DNA of 64,000 bases from an uncultured Chryseobacterium sp. (GTDB lineage Bacteria > Bacteroidota > Bacteroidia > Flavobacteriales_C > GCA-002722245): assembly GCA_964406465.1 (NCBI GenBank), contig CAYORT010000012.1, forward strand, positions 7,653-71,652, in the 5' to 3' direction. Of the stretch, positions 1 through 8,948 are shown piece after piece. Both the position numbers and the translations under genes were made by a program. The notes under the pieces were generated by a model, which was not told the DNA's origin, did not search any database, and saw only the letters and a list, made by a program, of their open reading frames with translations. The first letter of the stretch is position 1, and the number at the start of each line of letters is the position of its first letter.

Positions 1-2
1 TG

Positions 3-701
3 GCTTACAAAAAGAAAACTTTTACTTGGGAAAACAACATTACTGCGGGATATGGATTTATGGTGCGCAGCGATATCGGTTTCGTGAAAACAGATGATAA
101 AATAGATATCGATTCTAAAGTAGGTAGATTGGCAGGTAAGGGTTGGTATTATTCGGGATTGGTCAATTTTAAAACTCAATTAACCGATGGTTTTGCCCGT
201 GCAGGCAGCACCGATATTATTTCGCGGTTGTTGTCGCCAGCCTACTTGATTGGTGCTATAGGTATCGACAAGAAATTTGGAAGTACTTATTCTCTTTTCA
301 TTGCGCCTTTAACAGTGAAAACAACGTATGTAATGGATCAAACTTTGGCCAATGCCGGAGCTTTTGGGGTAGATGCTGGTAAAAATGTACGTTCTGAGTT
401 TGGGGGCTACATAAAGTTTTCCTTCCAAAAGGATATCATGAAAAATGTGAATTTTAAAACTAAAGTCGATTTGTTCTCGAATTATCTTCACAATCCACAA
501 AATATCGACGTGAACTGGGAAAGTATTTTAACTTTTAAAGTAAACAAATACATCTCGGCAAGTATCACTGCCTCATTGGTATACGATGATGATATTGATG
601 TTGGAATACACACCGACCCGGTAACAGGATCGTTTGACCAATTTGGTCCACGTACCCAATTTAAGGAAGTTTTAGGAATTGGCTTCGCGCACAAGTTTTA
701 A
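3..701 (+). CDS. DUF3078 domain outer-membrane protein, 5'-partial (frame is open to the window edge)
   Basis: The frame is open from position 3 (AYKKKTFTWENN...). Alternating beta-strand pattern, SPAYL and FGVDAG motifs typical of DUF3078, and C-terminal Phe (HKF). Confidence 0.75.
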   Translation, partial: AYKKKTFTWENNITAGYGFMVRSDIGFVKTDDKIDIDSKVGRLAGKGWYYSGLVNFKTQLTDGFARAGSTDIISRLLSPAYLIGAIGIDKKFGSTYSLFIAPLTVKTTYVMDQTLANAGAFGVDAGKNVRSEFGGYIKFSFQKDIMKNVNFKTKVDLFSNYLHNPQNIDVNWESILTFKVNKYISASITASLVYDDDIDVGIHTDPVTGSFDQFGPRTQFKEVLGIGFAHKF

Positions 702-758
702 TTCACATAAAAAAGGAATAGCTTTACAACAATCTATTATATCCATAGACTAAAAATT

Positions 759-1190
759 ATGCAAATTAAAGTAGTTAAACACGGAGAGCCCTTTCATTTT
801 GAGGCTTTTAACGAAGACGGTTTGTCGGTGCACATGGATGCATCGCCAGATATTGGTGGCGAAAACAAAGGTGTTCGTCCAATGCAAATGATCATCATGG
901 GACTTGGTGGTTGTAGCGGCATTGATGTGTGCAATATTTTAAAGAAACAGAAACAGGTTTTTAGTGATTTTAGCATTAATATCAATGCCAAAAGACGCGA
1001 TAATCCCGAGCCGAAAATCTTCGAACATATTGTTTTAGAGTTTGTGTTTGAAGGTGATACTCTAGATAAGGCAAAAGCTAAAAGAGCAGTCGATTTATCG
1101 ATAGAGAAATATTGTTCTGTATCTGAGATTTTACGCCAGTCGGCAACTCTAGAATATAAAGTGATTGTAAACAAAGAAATTATAGTGTGA
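759..1190 (+). CDS. OsmC/YhfA family protein
   Basis: GVRPMQMIIMGLGGCSGIDV and SIEKYCSV, the two conserved Cys motifs. Confidence 0.9.
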   Translation: MQIKVVKHGEPFHFEAFNEDGLSVHMDASPDIGGENKGVRPMQMIIMGLGGCSGIDVCNILKKQKQVFSDFSININAKRRDNPEPKIFEHIVLEFVFEGDTLDKAKAKRAVDLSIEKYCSVSEILRQSATLEYKVIVNKEIIV

Positions 1191-2368
1191 TGACAAAGAA
1201 AAGACAAAAAGATACCGAAGCAATTCGTATTCAGGCCAAACGTACGCACAATAATGAGCATAGCGTGCCTATTTACATGACTTCAAGTTTCGTTTACGAC
1301 AATGCCGAGCAGATGAGAGCGGCGTTCAACGACGAAATTCAAGTGAATATGTACACGCGTTTTACCAATCCAAATACCGATGAGTTTGTGGCTAAGATGT
1401 GTGCATTAGAAGGCACAGAAGCAGGATTTGCTACAGCCACTGGTATGGCTGCAGTGTTTGCTAGTTTTGGTGGCTTGCTAAAAATGGGCGATGATATTTT
1501 GGTGTGCAAATCAATATTTGGTGCTACCCATACCTTGCTTGAAAAAGTGATGATTAAATTTGGTATTACCCACACCAATGTTGAATTACATGATACCGAG
1601 AATTGGCAAAAATACATCAAACCCAACACTAAAATGTTGTTTGTTGAAACGCCTACCAATCCTACTTTAGATTTATTGGATTTAGAGTGGGTGGGTAAAT
1701 TCACCAAAAAACATAACTTGATCTTCAATATCGACAACTGTTTTGCAACACCAATTATTCAAACGCCGGTTGATTACGGTGCCGATATTATTATTCATAG
1801 TGCGACTAAGTTTTTAGACGGACAAGGCCGCACCATGGGCGGGATAGTTTTAGGGAGAAAAGATTTGATTAAAGAAGTTTACGCTTTTTGCAGAATGACG
1901 GGTCCGGCTATGTCACCTTTCAACTCCTGGTTATTGTCAAAAAGTTTAGAAACTCTGCAAATAAGAATGGAGCGCCATTCAGAAAGTGCTTTAAAGTTGG
2001 CAACTGCTTTAGAATCGCATCCTGAAGTGTTAAGAGTAAAATATCCTTTCTTGCTATCGCATCCTCAATATGATATTGCCAAAAAGCAAATGAAAACAGG
2101 TGGGGGAGTGGTTACTTTTTACGTTGATGGAGGTTTAGAGCGCGGTAAGCGTTTCTTAGATGCATTAGAGTTTTGTTCAATGACGGCCAATTTGGGCGAC
2201 AGTAGAACCATTGCTTCGCATCCTGCTTCAACCACACATTCAAAGATGGCCCCCGATGATCAATTATCGATTGGCATTGAACCTGGCATGATTCGTATTT
2301 CGGTAGGATTAGAAAATGTATTGGATATTATTAATGATGTAACAAATGCCCTTGAGAAGAGTAAATAG
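1187..2368 (+). CDS. metZ: PLP-dependent trans-sulfuration enzyme, O-succinylhomoserine sulfhydrylase-like
   Basis: YTRFTNPNT, ATGMAAV, ETPTNP, DNCFATP, HSATKF (PLP Lys) and NLGDSRT. Overlaps the OsmC gene by 4 bp. Confidence 0.75.
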   Translation: MMTKKRQKDTEAIRIQAKRTHNNEHSVPIYMTSSFVYDNAEQMRAAFNDEIQVNMYTRFTNPNTDEFVAKMCALEGTEAGFATATGMAAVFASFGGLLKMGDDILVCKSIFGATHTLLEKVMIKFGITHTNVELHDTENWQKYIKPNTKMLFVETPTNPTLDLLDLEWVGKFTKKHNLIFNIDNCFATPIIQTPVDYGADIIIHSATKFLDGQGRTMGGIVLGRKDLIKEVYAFCRMTGPAMSPFNSWLLSKSLETLQIRMERHSESALKLATALESHPEVLRVKYPFLLSHPQYDIAKKQMKTGGGVVTFYVDGGLERGKRFLDALEFCSMTANLGDSRTIASHPASTTHSKMAPDDQLSIGIEPGMIRISVGLENVLDIINDVTNALEKSK

Positions 2369-2371
2369 GGA

Positions 2372-3109
2372 ATGATTAAAACCATTTCCTTTTTTATACT
2401 TCTAATCGCGTTTTCTGTTTTTGCAGCAAGCGAAGTAAAAGCTCAAATTCCAAATACATTAGATACAACTAACAGTGGCGTACTTAAACAGTGCGCCACT
2501 ATTTGTTTACGCATAAACGAAAAGCAGCAATGTAAATCAAAGCTTTCATTCCATTACAACGACAATAGGGTTGTAGATGGTTTTGTTATTAGCATTTACG
2601 ATTTTAAAACCGCAGCAACTTTAGATTTGAATGAGGAGAAAAGAAGAGCTGTTGTAACTGTTTTCGATGAGATGACAGCAAATATCCAAACAGATTCTTT
2701 GGTTCAATTTGTTAAAGTTGAAGTAACTCAATTCAATAAAACCGAAGCGTTTTCTATTACTAAAAGCGAATACCAGAAGATGGAGAAAAAGCGCAAAATT
2801 GCAGAGCTTTTCTTGGAGCAATTTATGGCTGGTGAATATCATTTGTGTTACAATCATTTAGATCCATCTATCAAAAGTATTTTCTCTGATAGCTTATTTC
2901 AAAAATCATGTAGAGATATTGTAGTGCCTCGCGGACCCTTTAAATCATACACTTTTACTTACTTCGAAGAAAAAGTAATTGGTTATCAAGATGAACAGTT
3001 TTGGGTTTTTGCCTTCGATCAAATTTATGCTTACGATGAAGCAACTTCAAAATACACCATTAGAAAAGCAGAAGGAAATGATTTTATTTTTGGGTATGAA
3101 GTGAAGTAG
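2372..3109 (+). CDS. Exported hypothetical protein
   Basis: 245-aa ORF with a signal-peptide-like N-terminus (AFSVFAASEVKA), 3 bp after the metZ-like gene. Confidence 0.7.
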   Translation: MIKTISFFILLIAFSVFAASEVKAQIPNTLDTTNSGVLKQCATICLRINEKQQCKSKLSFHYNDNRVVDGFVISIYDFKTAATLDLNEEKRRAVVTVFDEMTANIQTDSLVQFVKVEVTQFNKTEAFSITKSEYQKMEKKRKIAELFLEQFMAGEYHLCYNHLDPSIKSIFSDSLFQKSCRDIVVPRGPFKSYTFTYFEEKVIGYQDEQFWVFAFDQIYAYDEATSKYTIRKAEGNDFIFGYEVK

Positions 3110-3210
3110 AAATCTAAAAAGGTGATTTCGAAATAATTCGCTGCAAAATCTTTATGCTGCCTTTCGAATTATATCACTATAGATTTTTAATTTTATCATC
3201 GACATTCTTT

Positions 3211-3277
3211 TTAAGTGCTGCAATTCCCTCTCGGCGGAGAGGGGTGCGCAAGATTTGTGTAGTGGTAGGGAGATGGA
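3211..3277 (+). repeat. Dispersed REP-like repeat family B, copy 1
   Basis: Contains the hairpin ccctctc-ggcg-gagaggg (3226-3243) and gtagggagatgga. Its reverse complement matches 4370-4437 and 26832-26898. Confidence 0.85.
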
Positions 3278-3431
3278 GATTTAGTTTTATAGAGAAAAAA
3301 GAATTAGCAAGGAATAAACGATGAAGTTAAATTAGAAGTCACATATTTGAAGGTGTGTTGAGGATTTATGGTTATAATAAGGAAATTGTAGGGTCTTTAA
3401 ATATAATGAGAAAGAAATTAGCGCTTTTAAT

Positions 3432-4157
3432 ATGAAATACACTAATGTCAATATATTTTTATTGCTTATATTTTTATCTATTTTATCATGTGAGGAAAAA
3501 AAGAGAAGTGCAGTAGATTTGAGTCAGTTTCAATTGGGCGCAATTTCTGTGAGTAGATCTTTTGGAGGAGAGTGTAGATGGGGATTAATTGATTATAAAA
3601 ATTATAAAATAGTAGATCTACTTGTTAGCAATAGCTTTGAAGCAGAGAAACAAAAAGAGTATCATTACCTAACAACTTCAAATATTGCATATACTTATTT
3701 TAACAGAGTAAGAAAGCAATTAAAAAGTGAGGATAAAATTCGAGTGAAAATTTCTTTCAAAGATGGTAGATTTCTTACCGCTGATTATTCTGTCGATTTA
3801 CTTAACAAAGTTGCTAAAAAAATAGCCATTATAAATGAACTTGTTTCAAAAATTAAAAGGAAAGAGTATGATTCAGTAGTTTCATGTTTAAAAGATTCTG
3901 TAATTTATAAGTTTGATTCCAAGAAAGTGATTTCTGAAATGAAATCAAGTGATTTAAAGTTTGGAGATATTATGGAAAGTTTCAAAATGAGTGGTTTTTA
4001 TGTGAAGAAGAATAAAGTTTCAGGTCTTCAACTTATTCATTTTTCTGGTTATCTCACCAGAAAAATAAGAAGCCATCAATTTTCAATTGAATTAGAATTG
4101 AATACAGATAATTTGGAAGTATATTTTATTGATTATCGTTGGTATAAATTTACCTGA
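3432..4157 (+). CDS. AT-rich hypothetical lipoprotein
   Basis: 241-aa ORF with lipobox-like LSILSC; visibly more AT-rich than the flanking housekeeping genes. Confidence 0.7.
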   Translation: MKYTNVNIFLLLIFLSILSCEEKKRSAVDLSQFQLGAISVSRSFGGECRWGLIDYKNYKIVDLLVSNSFEAEKQKEYHYLTTSNIAYTYFNRVRKQLKSEDKIRVKISFKDGRFLTADYSVDLLNKVAKKIAIINELVSKIKRKEYDSVVSCLKDSVIYKFDSKKVISEMKSSDLKFGDIMESFKMSGFYVKKNKVSGLQLIHFSGYLTRKIRSHQFSIELELNTDNLEVYFIDYRWYKFT

Positions 4158-4369
4158 ACGGACTCTCGTTTTAGTTAATGTGTAACAGGATAATAGACAA
4201 CCAATTGCTGATGAAAAAGGAAAGTAAAGTTGTTTATGTGAATTGAAATTTTGACCATCTTTTATATAGATATTAAGCAATCGATGTTTGATAAAATCAC
4301 TTTTGCAATGCTTCTTAATACTCATTTTACAAAGCAATTATTTCGGTTTAAATTTCCGTGATTGAAAAA

Positions 4370-4437
4370 TCCATCTCCCTGCCCAAGCACAATTCTTACG
4401 CACCCCTCTGCGCCGAGAGGGAATTGTAGTGCTTGAA
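4370..4437 (-). repeat. Dispersed REP-like repeat family B, copy 2 (inverted relative to copy 1)
   Basis: tccatctccctgcc...acgcacccctctgcgccgagagggaattgtagtgctt, near-identical to the reverse complement of 3211-3277. Confidence 0.85.
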
Positions 4438-4521
4438 AAATGGTTTGAAAATCTAGATAAAATTGTAAAGTTCAAGAAAAGTTTCAGCAAAGAAAGTCGT
4501 GTGAAAATTATAGAGTGAAGC

Positions 4522-5379
4522 CTATATTTTTGAATTCAACCTCACCACTTCCATCGCCTCCTTCACATCATGTACCCTCAAAATATTTCCTCCTTTTTGC
4601 AATGCTATGGCATGAAGTGCTGTTGTTCCATTTAGGGCTTCAGTGGGCGTGCAATTCAGTGTTTTGTAGATCATCGATTTTCTTGAGATCCCAATTAGAA
4701 TTGGCGCATTTAAATTTTTAAAAAGAGAAATGTTTTTGAATAAATCGAAATTGTGGTCTAAAGTTTTTCCAAATCCGAAACCTAGGTCGATGATCACATC
4801 TTTAATTTGATGTTTTTTAATGATTTCTAGTTTCGATTTAAAGAAATTAAAAACGTCGTTGCTCACCTTATCGTAATGCGGAGCATCTTGCATATTTTGA
4901 GGGGTTCCTTGAGTATGCATCAAGATATAAGCGATGTTTTTACCAGCAATGCGTTCTAACACTTTTTCATCGGCTAAGCCCGAAATATCATTCACCATAT
5001 CGATACCCAATGGCAGTACTTTTTCTATTACTTCGGCCCTAAAAGAATCAATGCTTATTAACACTTCGGGGAACTGTTTTCTGATGGCTTCTACCACCGG
5101 ATACAAGCGCTTGATTTCTTCTTCGGTTGAAATGTTTTCTGCTCCCGGACGGCTACTGTATGCTCCAAGATCTAAAATGGTAGCCCCTTCGCTAAGGTGT
5201 TTGCGTGCCATTTCAACAGCTTTTTCTGCGTTTTGTACCCTGCTGTCTTCGTGAAAAGAATCGGGTGTGCAGTTGATGATACCCATCACCAAGGGTGTTG
5301 ATAAATCAACTATTTTACCCCTGCAGTTGAGGCTAAAATTGTTGTAAAAAGTGCTAACTTGGGCATCTGAAAAAATCAT
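4522..5379 (-). CDS. folP: Dihydropteroate synthase
   Basis: MGIINCTPDSF, LDLGAYSSRPGA, SIDSFRAEV, DLGFGFGK, GISRKS and RVHDV. Start moved to the ATG at 5379 to avoid overlapping the divergent gene. Confidence 0.95.
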   Translation of the reverse strand: MIFSDAQVSTFYNNFSLNCRGKIVDLSTPLVMGIINCTPDSFHEDSRVQNAEKAVEMARKHLSEGATILDLGAYSSRPGAENISTEEEIKRLYPVVEAIRKQFPEVLISIDSFRAEVIEKVLPLGIDMVNDISGLADEKVLERIAGKNIAYILMHTQGTPQNMQDAPHYDKVSNDVFNFFKSKLEIIKKHQIKDVIIDLGFGFGKTLDHNFDLFKNISLFKNLNAPILIGISRKSMIYKTLNCTPTEALNGTTALHAIALQKGGNILRVHDVKEAMEVVRLNSKI

Positions 5380-5395
5380 AAGGCTAAGGTAATCA

Positions 5396-5935
5396 ATGAG
5401 CGCAAAAACTGAGCAAGAGTTTAATAAAATCATCAACCAATGTGTTGATTTGTTTGTTAAAAAGATGAAGGATTACGGTACAGCGTGGAGAGTTTTAAGA
5501 ACAACTTCGCTAACCGACCAAATATTTATTAAGGCACAACGCATTAGAACCATAGAAGAAAAAGGGGTGTCGAAAGTAGATGAAGGTGTTGCTTCCGAAT
5601 ATGTGGGCATCATCAACTATTGCGCTATGGCCTTGATTCAGTTGGAAAGAGGAGTGGAGATGAGCGACAGTATTTCGCATGATGAAATCGCCAAAATGCA
5701 TAAAGGCTTCCTAGTGCAAGCAAAAGATTTAATGCTTAATAAAAATCACGATTACGGTGAGGCATGGAGAGAAATGCGCATTAGCTCTTTAACCGATTTG
5801 ATTTTAATGAAACTGTTGCGTGTAAAGCAAATTGAAGATAACAAAGGAGCTACCATTGTGTCGGAAGGTTTAGATGCCAACTATCTGGATATCATCAACT
5901 ACAGTATTTTCGCCTTAATTAGATTGCAAGAATGA
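5396..5935 (+). CDS. DUF1599 domain protein
   Basis: Internal duplication KMKDYGTAWR / KNHDYGEAWR and SLTD repeats, typical of this Bacteroidota family. Confidence 0.85.
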   Translation: MSAKTEQEFNKIINQCVDLFVKKMKDYGTAWRVLRTTSLTDQIFIKAQRIRTIEEKGVSKVDEGVASEYVGIINYCAMALIQLERGVEMSDSISHDEIAKMHKGFLVQAKDLMLNKNHDYGEAWREMRISSLTDLILMKLLRVKQIEDNKGATIVSEGLDANYLDIINYSIFALIRLQE

Positions 5936-7212
5936 AATTGTTGATTTGGATATCGCGCATTGTTACCGGATTCCTTTTCTTCTTATCGGGAATTGTGAAA
6001 GCAAACGACCCGCTCGGCTTTTCTTATAAATTACAAGAGTATTTCGAGGTGTTTTCTTCTAAAATGCAATTTAGAGTAGATACCCATGCTTCATTTTTAC
6101 CCGATTGGTTTTTAAATTTCTCTATTTGGGTGATGGAGATTTTACACAACGTGTCATTGCCATTGGCCATGATGTTGGTGGTGTTTGAGGTGGCATTAGG
6201 TATTTGTATTTTAACCGGTACCAAAATGCGATTTGTGGCTTCGGCCTCCCTTGTGCTCATTTTGTTTTTTACCTTCTTAACCTTTGTTTCATGGAAGTTT
6301 GATATAGTAAAAACTTGTGGCTGCTTCGGTACCGTTCTCGAATTAACTCCACTTGAATCGTTTATCAAAGATGTGTTCTTGCTCTTGTTTATTGTGGTGC
6401 TCTTTATCTACCGCCGCTCCATCAATTCATTGTTTGAACCAACTGGCGATAAAATTACGGTAGGGGTGTCATTCTTAGTGGCGTCATTATTCACTGTTTA
6501 TACCTACCGCCATTTGCCTTTCAACCTTAGTAAAGTGCTGTGGTTTGCCAACGAAGGTGCCTATGTTGAGGGTGCCGATTTGAGATTTAACACCACTCGC
6601 AAAGAAGCGAAAAAACAGTATTTCTATACCCTTAAAAATTTAAAAACAGGCGAAGAGAAAGAGTTTGCTGAATACCCTAAAGATTATAAAAGCTACAAGT
6701 TTGTGAGCATGCGTGAAGAGATTTTAGTGCCAGGTATTGAACCTAAAATTACCGATCTTACCATGACCGATGAAGATGGAAACAATATTTTTCCTTTGGT
6801 ATTGATGGATACTGGCTATACATTTTTGCTGGTAACCTACGATTTAAAACATTTAGGAGAGTTTGCCATGGAAGGAAAAGTTGCCATTGATTTCTCTCCT
6901 TCAGAAAGCACGCGAAGCAATTTTGAGAAGATCAATGAATTTGCCAAAGAAGCCGAAAAAGAGGAAATGAGATTTATTGCCTTAACGGCTTCGGGCACCG
7001 ATTATATTGGTGCTTTCCGACACAAATTACAGGCGGCTTATCCGTTCATGGGAACAGATGAGACGGTTTTAAAAACAATGATACGCTCCAATCCGGGCTT
7101 ACTCCTTATTAAAGATGGAAAAGTCTTGAAACAATGGCATATCAACGATTTCCCCAATTTTGAGGATTTAATGGAACAACTAAATATTAATTATTCTAAA
7201 GAAGATTTATGA
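5932..7212 (+). CDS. DoxX/BT_3928 family membrane protein with thioredoxin-like C-terminal region
   Basis: SGIVKANDPLGFSYKLQEYF, TCGCFG and IRSNPGLLLIKDG; usual position upstream of tpiA. Confidence 0.8.
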   Translation: MKLLIWISRIVTGFLFFLSGIVKANDPLGFSYKLQEYFEVFSSKMQFRVDTHASFLPDWFLNFSIWVMEILHNVSLPLAMMLVVFEVALGICILTGTKMRFVASASLVLILFFTFLTFVSWKFDIVKTCGCFGTVLELTPLESFIKDVFLLLFIVVLFIYRRSINSLFEPTGDKITVGVSFLVASLFTVYTYRHLPFNLSKVLWFANEGAYVEGADLRFNTTRKEAKKQYFYTLKNLKTGEEKEFAEYPKDYKSYKFVSMREEILVPGIEPKITDLTMTDEDGNNIFPLVLMDTGYTFLLVTYDLKHLGEFAMEGKVAIDFSPSESTRSNFEKINEFAKEAEKEEMRFIALTASGTDYIGAFRHKLQAAYPFMGTDETVLKTMIRSNPGLLLIKDGKVLKQWHINDFPNFEDLMEQLNINYSKEDL

Positions 7213-7967
7213 GACGTAAAATTGTTGCCGGTAACTGGAAAATGAACAAAACTATTACCGAAGGTTTAAGCTTAATTGAAGCGATTAAAACAGGAGCCCC
7301 GAAAGTGCAAAAGTCGGGTGTTGACATTATTGTTGCGCCAACGTACGTAATGTTATCAGATGCTGCAAAAGCTGTTGCAGGTAGCTCTGTTAAATTATCT
7401 GCTCAAAACTGCCATCAAGAAGAAAGTGGAGCTTATACAGGTGAAATTTCTGCTACAATGTTGAAAGCGATAGGTGCAGAATATGTGATTATCGGACACT
7501 CGGAGCGCCGCCAATATTTCAATGAAACAAGTGCCAACATCGCCAAAAAAATAAATGTTGTTTTGTCGAAAGGACTCACACCTATCTACTGCAATGGCGA
7601 AGTAAAAGAAGAAAGAGAAGCAGGTAAACATTTTGAGGTGGTGAAACGCCAAATGAATGATGAGCTTTTTCACCTCTCGGCAGAAGAAGTGGTGAAAGTG
7701 GTTATTGCTTATGAGCCAGTTTGGGCAATCGGTACAGGCTTAACAGCTTCTCCCGATCAAGCACAAGAAATTCACGCTTACCTTCGTCAGTTGTTAACCG
7801 ATAAATACGGTGCAGCTGTTGCTGAAGAAATTAGCATTCTATACGGCGGAAGCTGCAAACCTGATAATGCAAAAGAGATTTTTAGTAAGAAAGATGTAGA
7901 CGGTGGATTAATTGGTGGTGCTGCATTGAAAGCCGAAGATTTCTTAGGCATAGTTGCTGCTTTTTAA
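7209..7967 (+). CDS. tpiA: Triosephosphate isomerase
   Basis: AGNWKMN, IIGHSERR, AYEPVWAIGTG, LYGGS and GLIGGA. Confidence 0.99.
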   Translation: MRRKIVAGNWKMNKTITEGLSLIEAIKTGAPKVQKSGVDIIVAPTYVMLSDAAKAVAGSSVKLSAQNCHQEESGAYTGEISATMLKAIGAEYVIIGHSERRQYFNETSANIAKKINVVLSKGLTPIYCNGEVKEEREAGKHFEVVKRQMNDELFHLSAEEVVKVVIAYEPVWAIGTGLTASPDQAQEIHAYLRQLLTDKYGAAVAEEISILYGGSCKPDNAKEIFSKKDVDGGLIGGAALKAEDFLGIVAAF

Positions 7968-7974
7968 AAATAAA

Positions 7975-8072
7975 TCGTTCAATGTTCAATGTTTAAAATT
8001 CAATGTTGGCTGTTTGTTTTGCAGTTCTTGAATCGAGCTAACATTGAACATTGAACTTTAAACATTGAACGA
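7975..8072. repeat. Long inverted repeat built from 7-nt units (ttcaatg / cattgaa)
   Basis: Left arm tcg-ttcaatg-ttcaatg-tttaaaa-ttcaatg-ttggct; right arm agctaa-cattgaa-cattgaa-ctttaaa-cattgaa-cga. Confidence 0.85.
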
Positions 8073-8076
8073 TTAA

Positions 8077-8937
8077 ATGACCTACATTCAATTAAATATT
8101 GCACTCAAACCCATAGAACCGTGGAGCGATATTTTCATAGCTACTTTAGCCGATGAAGGCTACGATAGTTTTGAAGAAACACCCAATGGTTTTAAGGCTT
8201 TTGTGCAAAAGGAATTATTCAAGGAAGATGTTGTTAAAGCGCTAATAGAACAATATCAAAATGAAGTAGAATTTACTTATACTGTTGAAGATCTTCCCGA
8301 TGTGAATTGGAATGCCACATGGGAAAGTTCTTTTTCTCCCATTGAAGTAGGCGACTGGTGTGTGGTGAAAGCTCCTTTTCATACCATTACCAAGAAATTT
8401 AATTACGAAATTATAATTGAGCCAAAAATGTCTTTTGGCACTGGTCATCACCAAACAACCTTTTTGATGATGCAAGAGATGAAAGACATTCAATGGCAAA
8501 ATAAAAGAGTGCTCGATATGGGCAGTGGTACCGGTATTTTGGCCATCTTGGCCGAAAAGATGGGTGCTAAAGATATAGTGGCTATTGATATTGATGAGTG
8601 GGCTTACGAGAATTGCATAGAAAATTTAGAAAAGAACAACTGTCATCATATTGAAGTGCTTAAAGGTGATGTGAATGCCATCGATAATAAGGGCTTCGAC
8701 ATTATTCTAGCCAATATCAATAGAAATATATTGTTGGCCGACATGCATGCGTACAAAAATGCTTTGCGTGAAAATGGCTTGCTCTTCATGAGCGGTTTCT
8801 TGCTTCAAGATGTTGAAGTGTTGAAAGAAAAAATAGCAGCGCTTGGCTTGGTGTTTGATAAATTAGTAACTTCCGAAGACAAGTCTGCGACACCCAATTT
8901 TTCAGGCAATTGGGTTTTGATTAAGTGTAAAAAATAA
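8077..8937 (+). CDS. prmA: Ribosomal protein L11 methyltransferase
   Basis: IEPKMSFGTGHHQTT, VLDMGSGTGILA, DIDEWA and ILANINRN. Confidence 0.95.
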   Translation: MTYIQLNIALKPIEPWSDIFIATLADEGYDSFEETPNGFKAFVQKELFKEDVVKALIEQYQNEVEFTYTVEDLPDVNWNATWESSFSPIEVGDWCVVKAPFHTITKKFNYEIIIEPKMSFGTGHHQTTFLMMQEMKDIQWQNKRVLDMGSGTGILAILAEKMGAKDIVAIDIDEWAYENCIENLEKNNCHHIEVLKGDVNAIDNKGFDIILANINRNILLADMHAYKNALRENGLLFMSGFLLQDVEVLKEKIAALGLVFDKLVTSEDKSATPNFSGNWVLIKCKK

Positions 8938-8948
8938 AAATATTTCGA

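Noticed and set aside
3290-3325. Short KKELARNKR reading next to REP-B, reminiscent of a DUF559 endonuclease start
   Set aside because: Only nine residues followed by a stop, with no further motif; not distinguishable from chance.
4092-4721. ORF-track entries 4092-4337 (-) and 4515-4721 (+)
   Set aside because: No recognisable motifs; they overlap real genes or repeat-adjacent DNA and are probably spurious.
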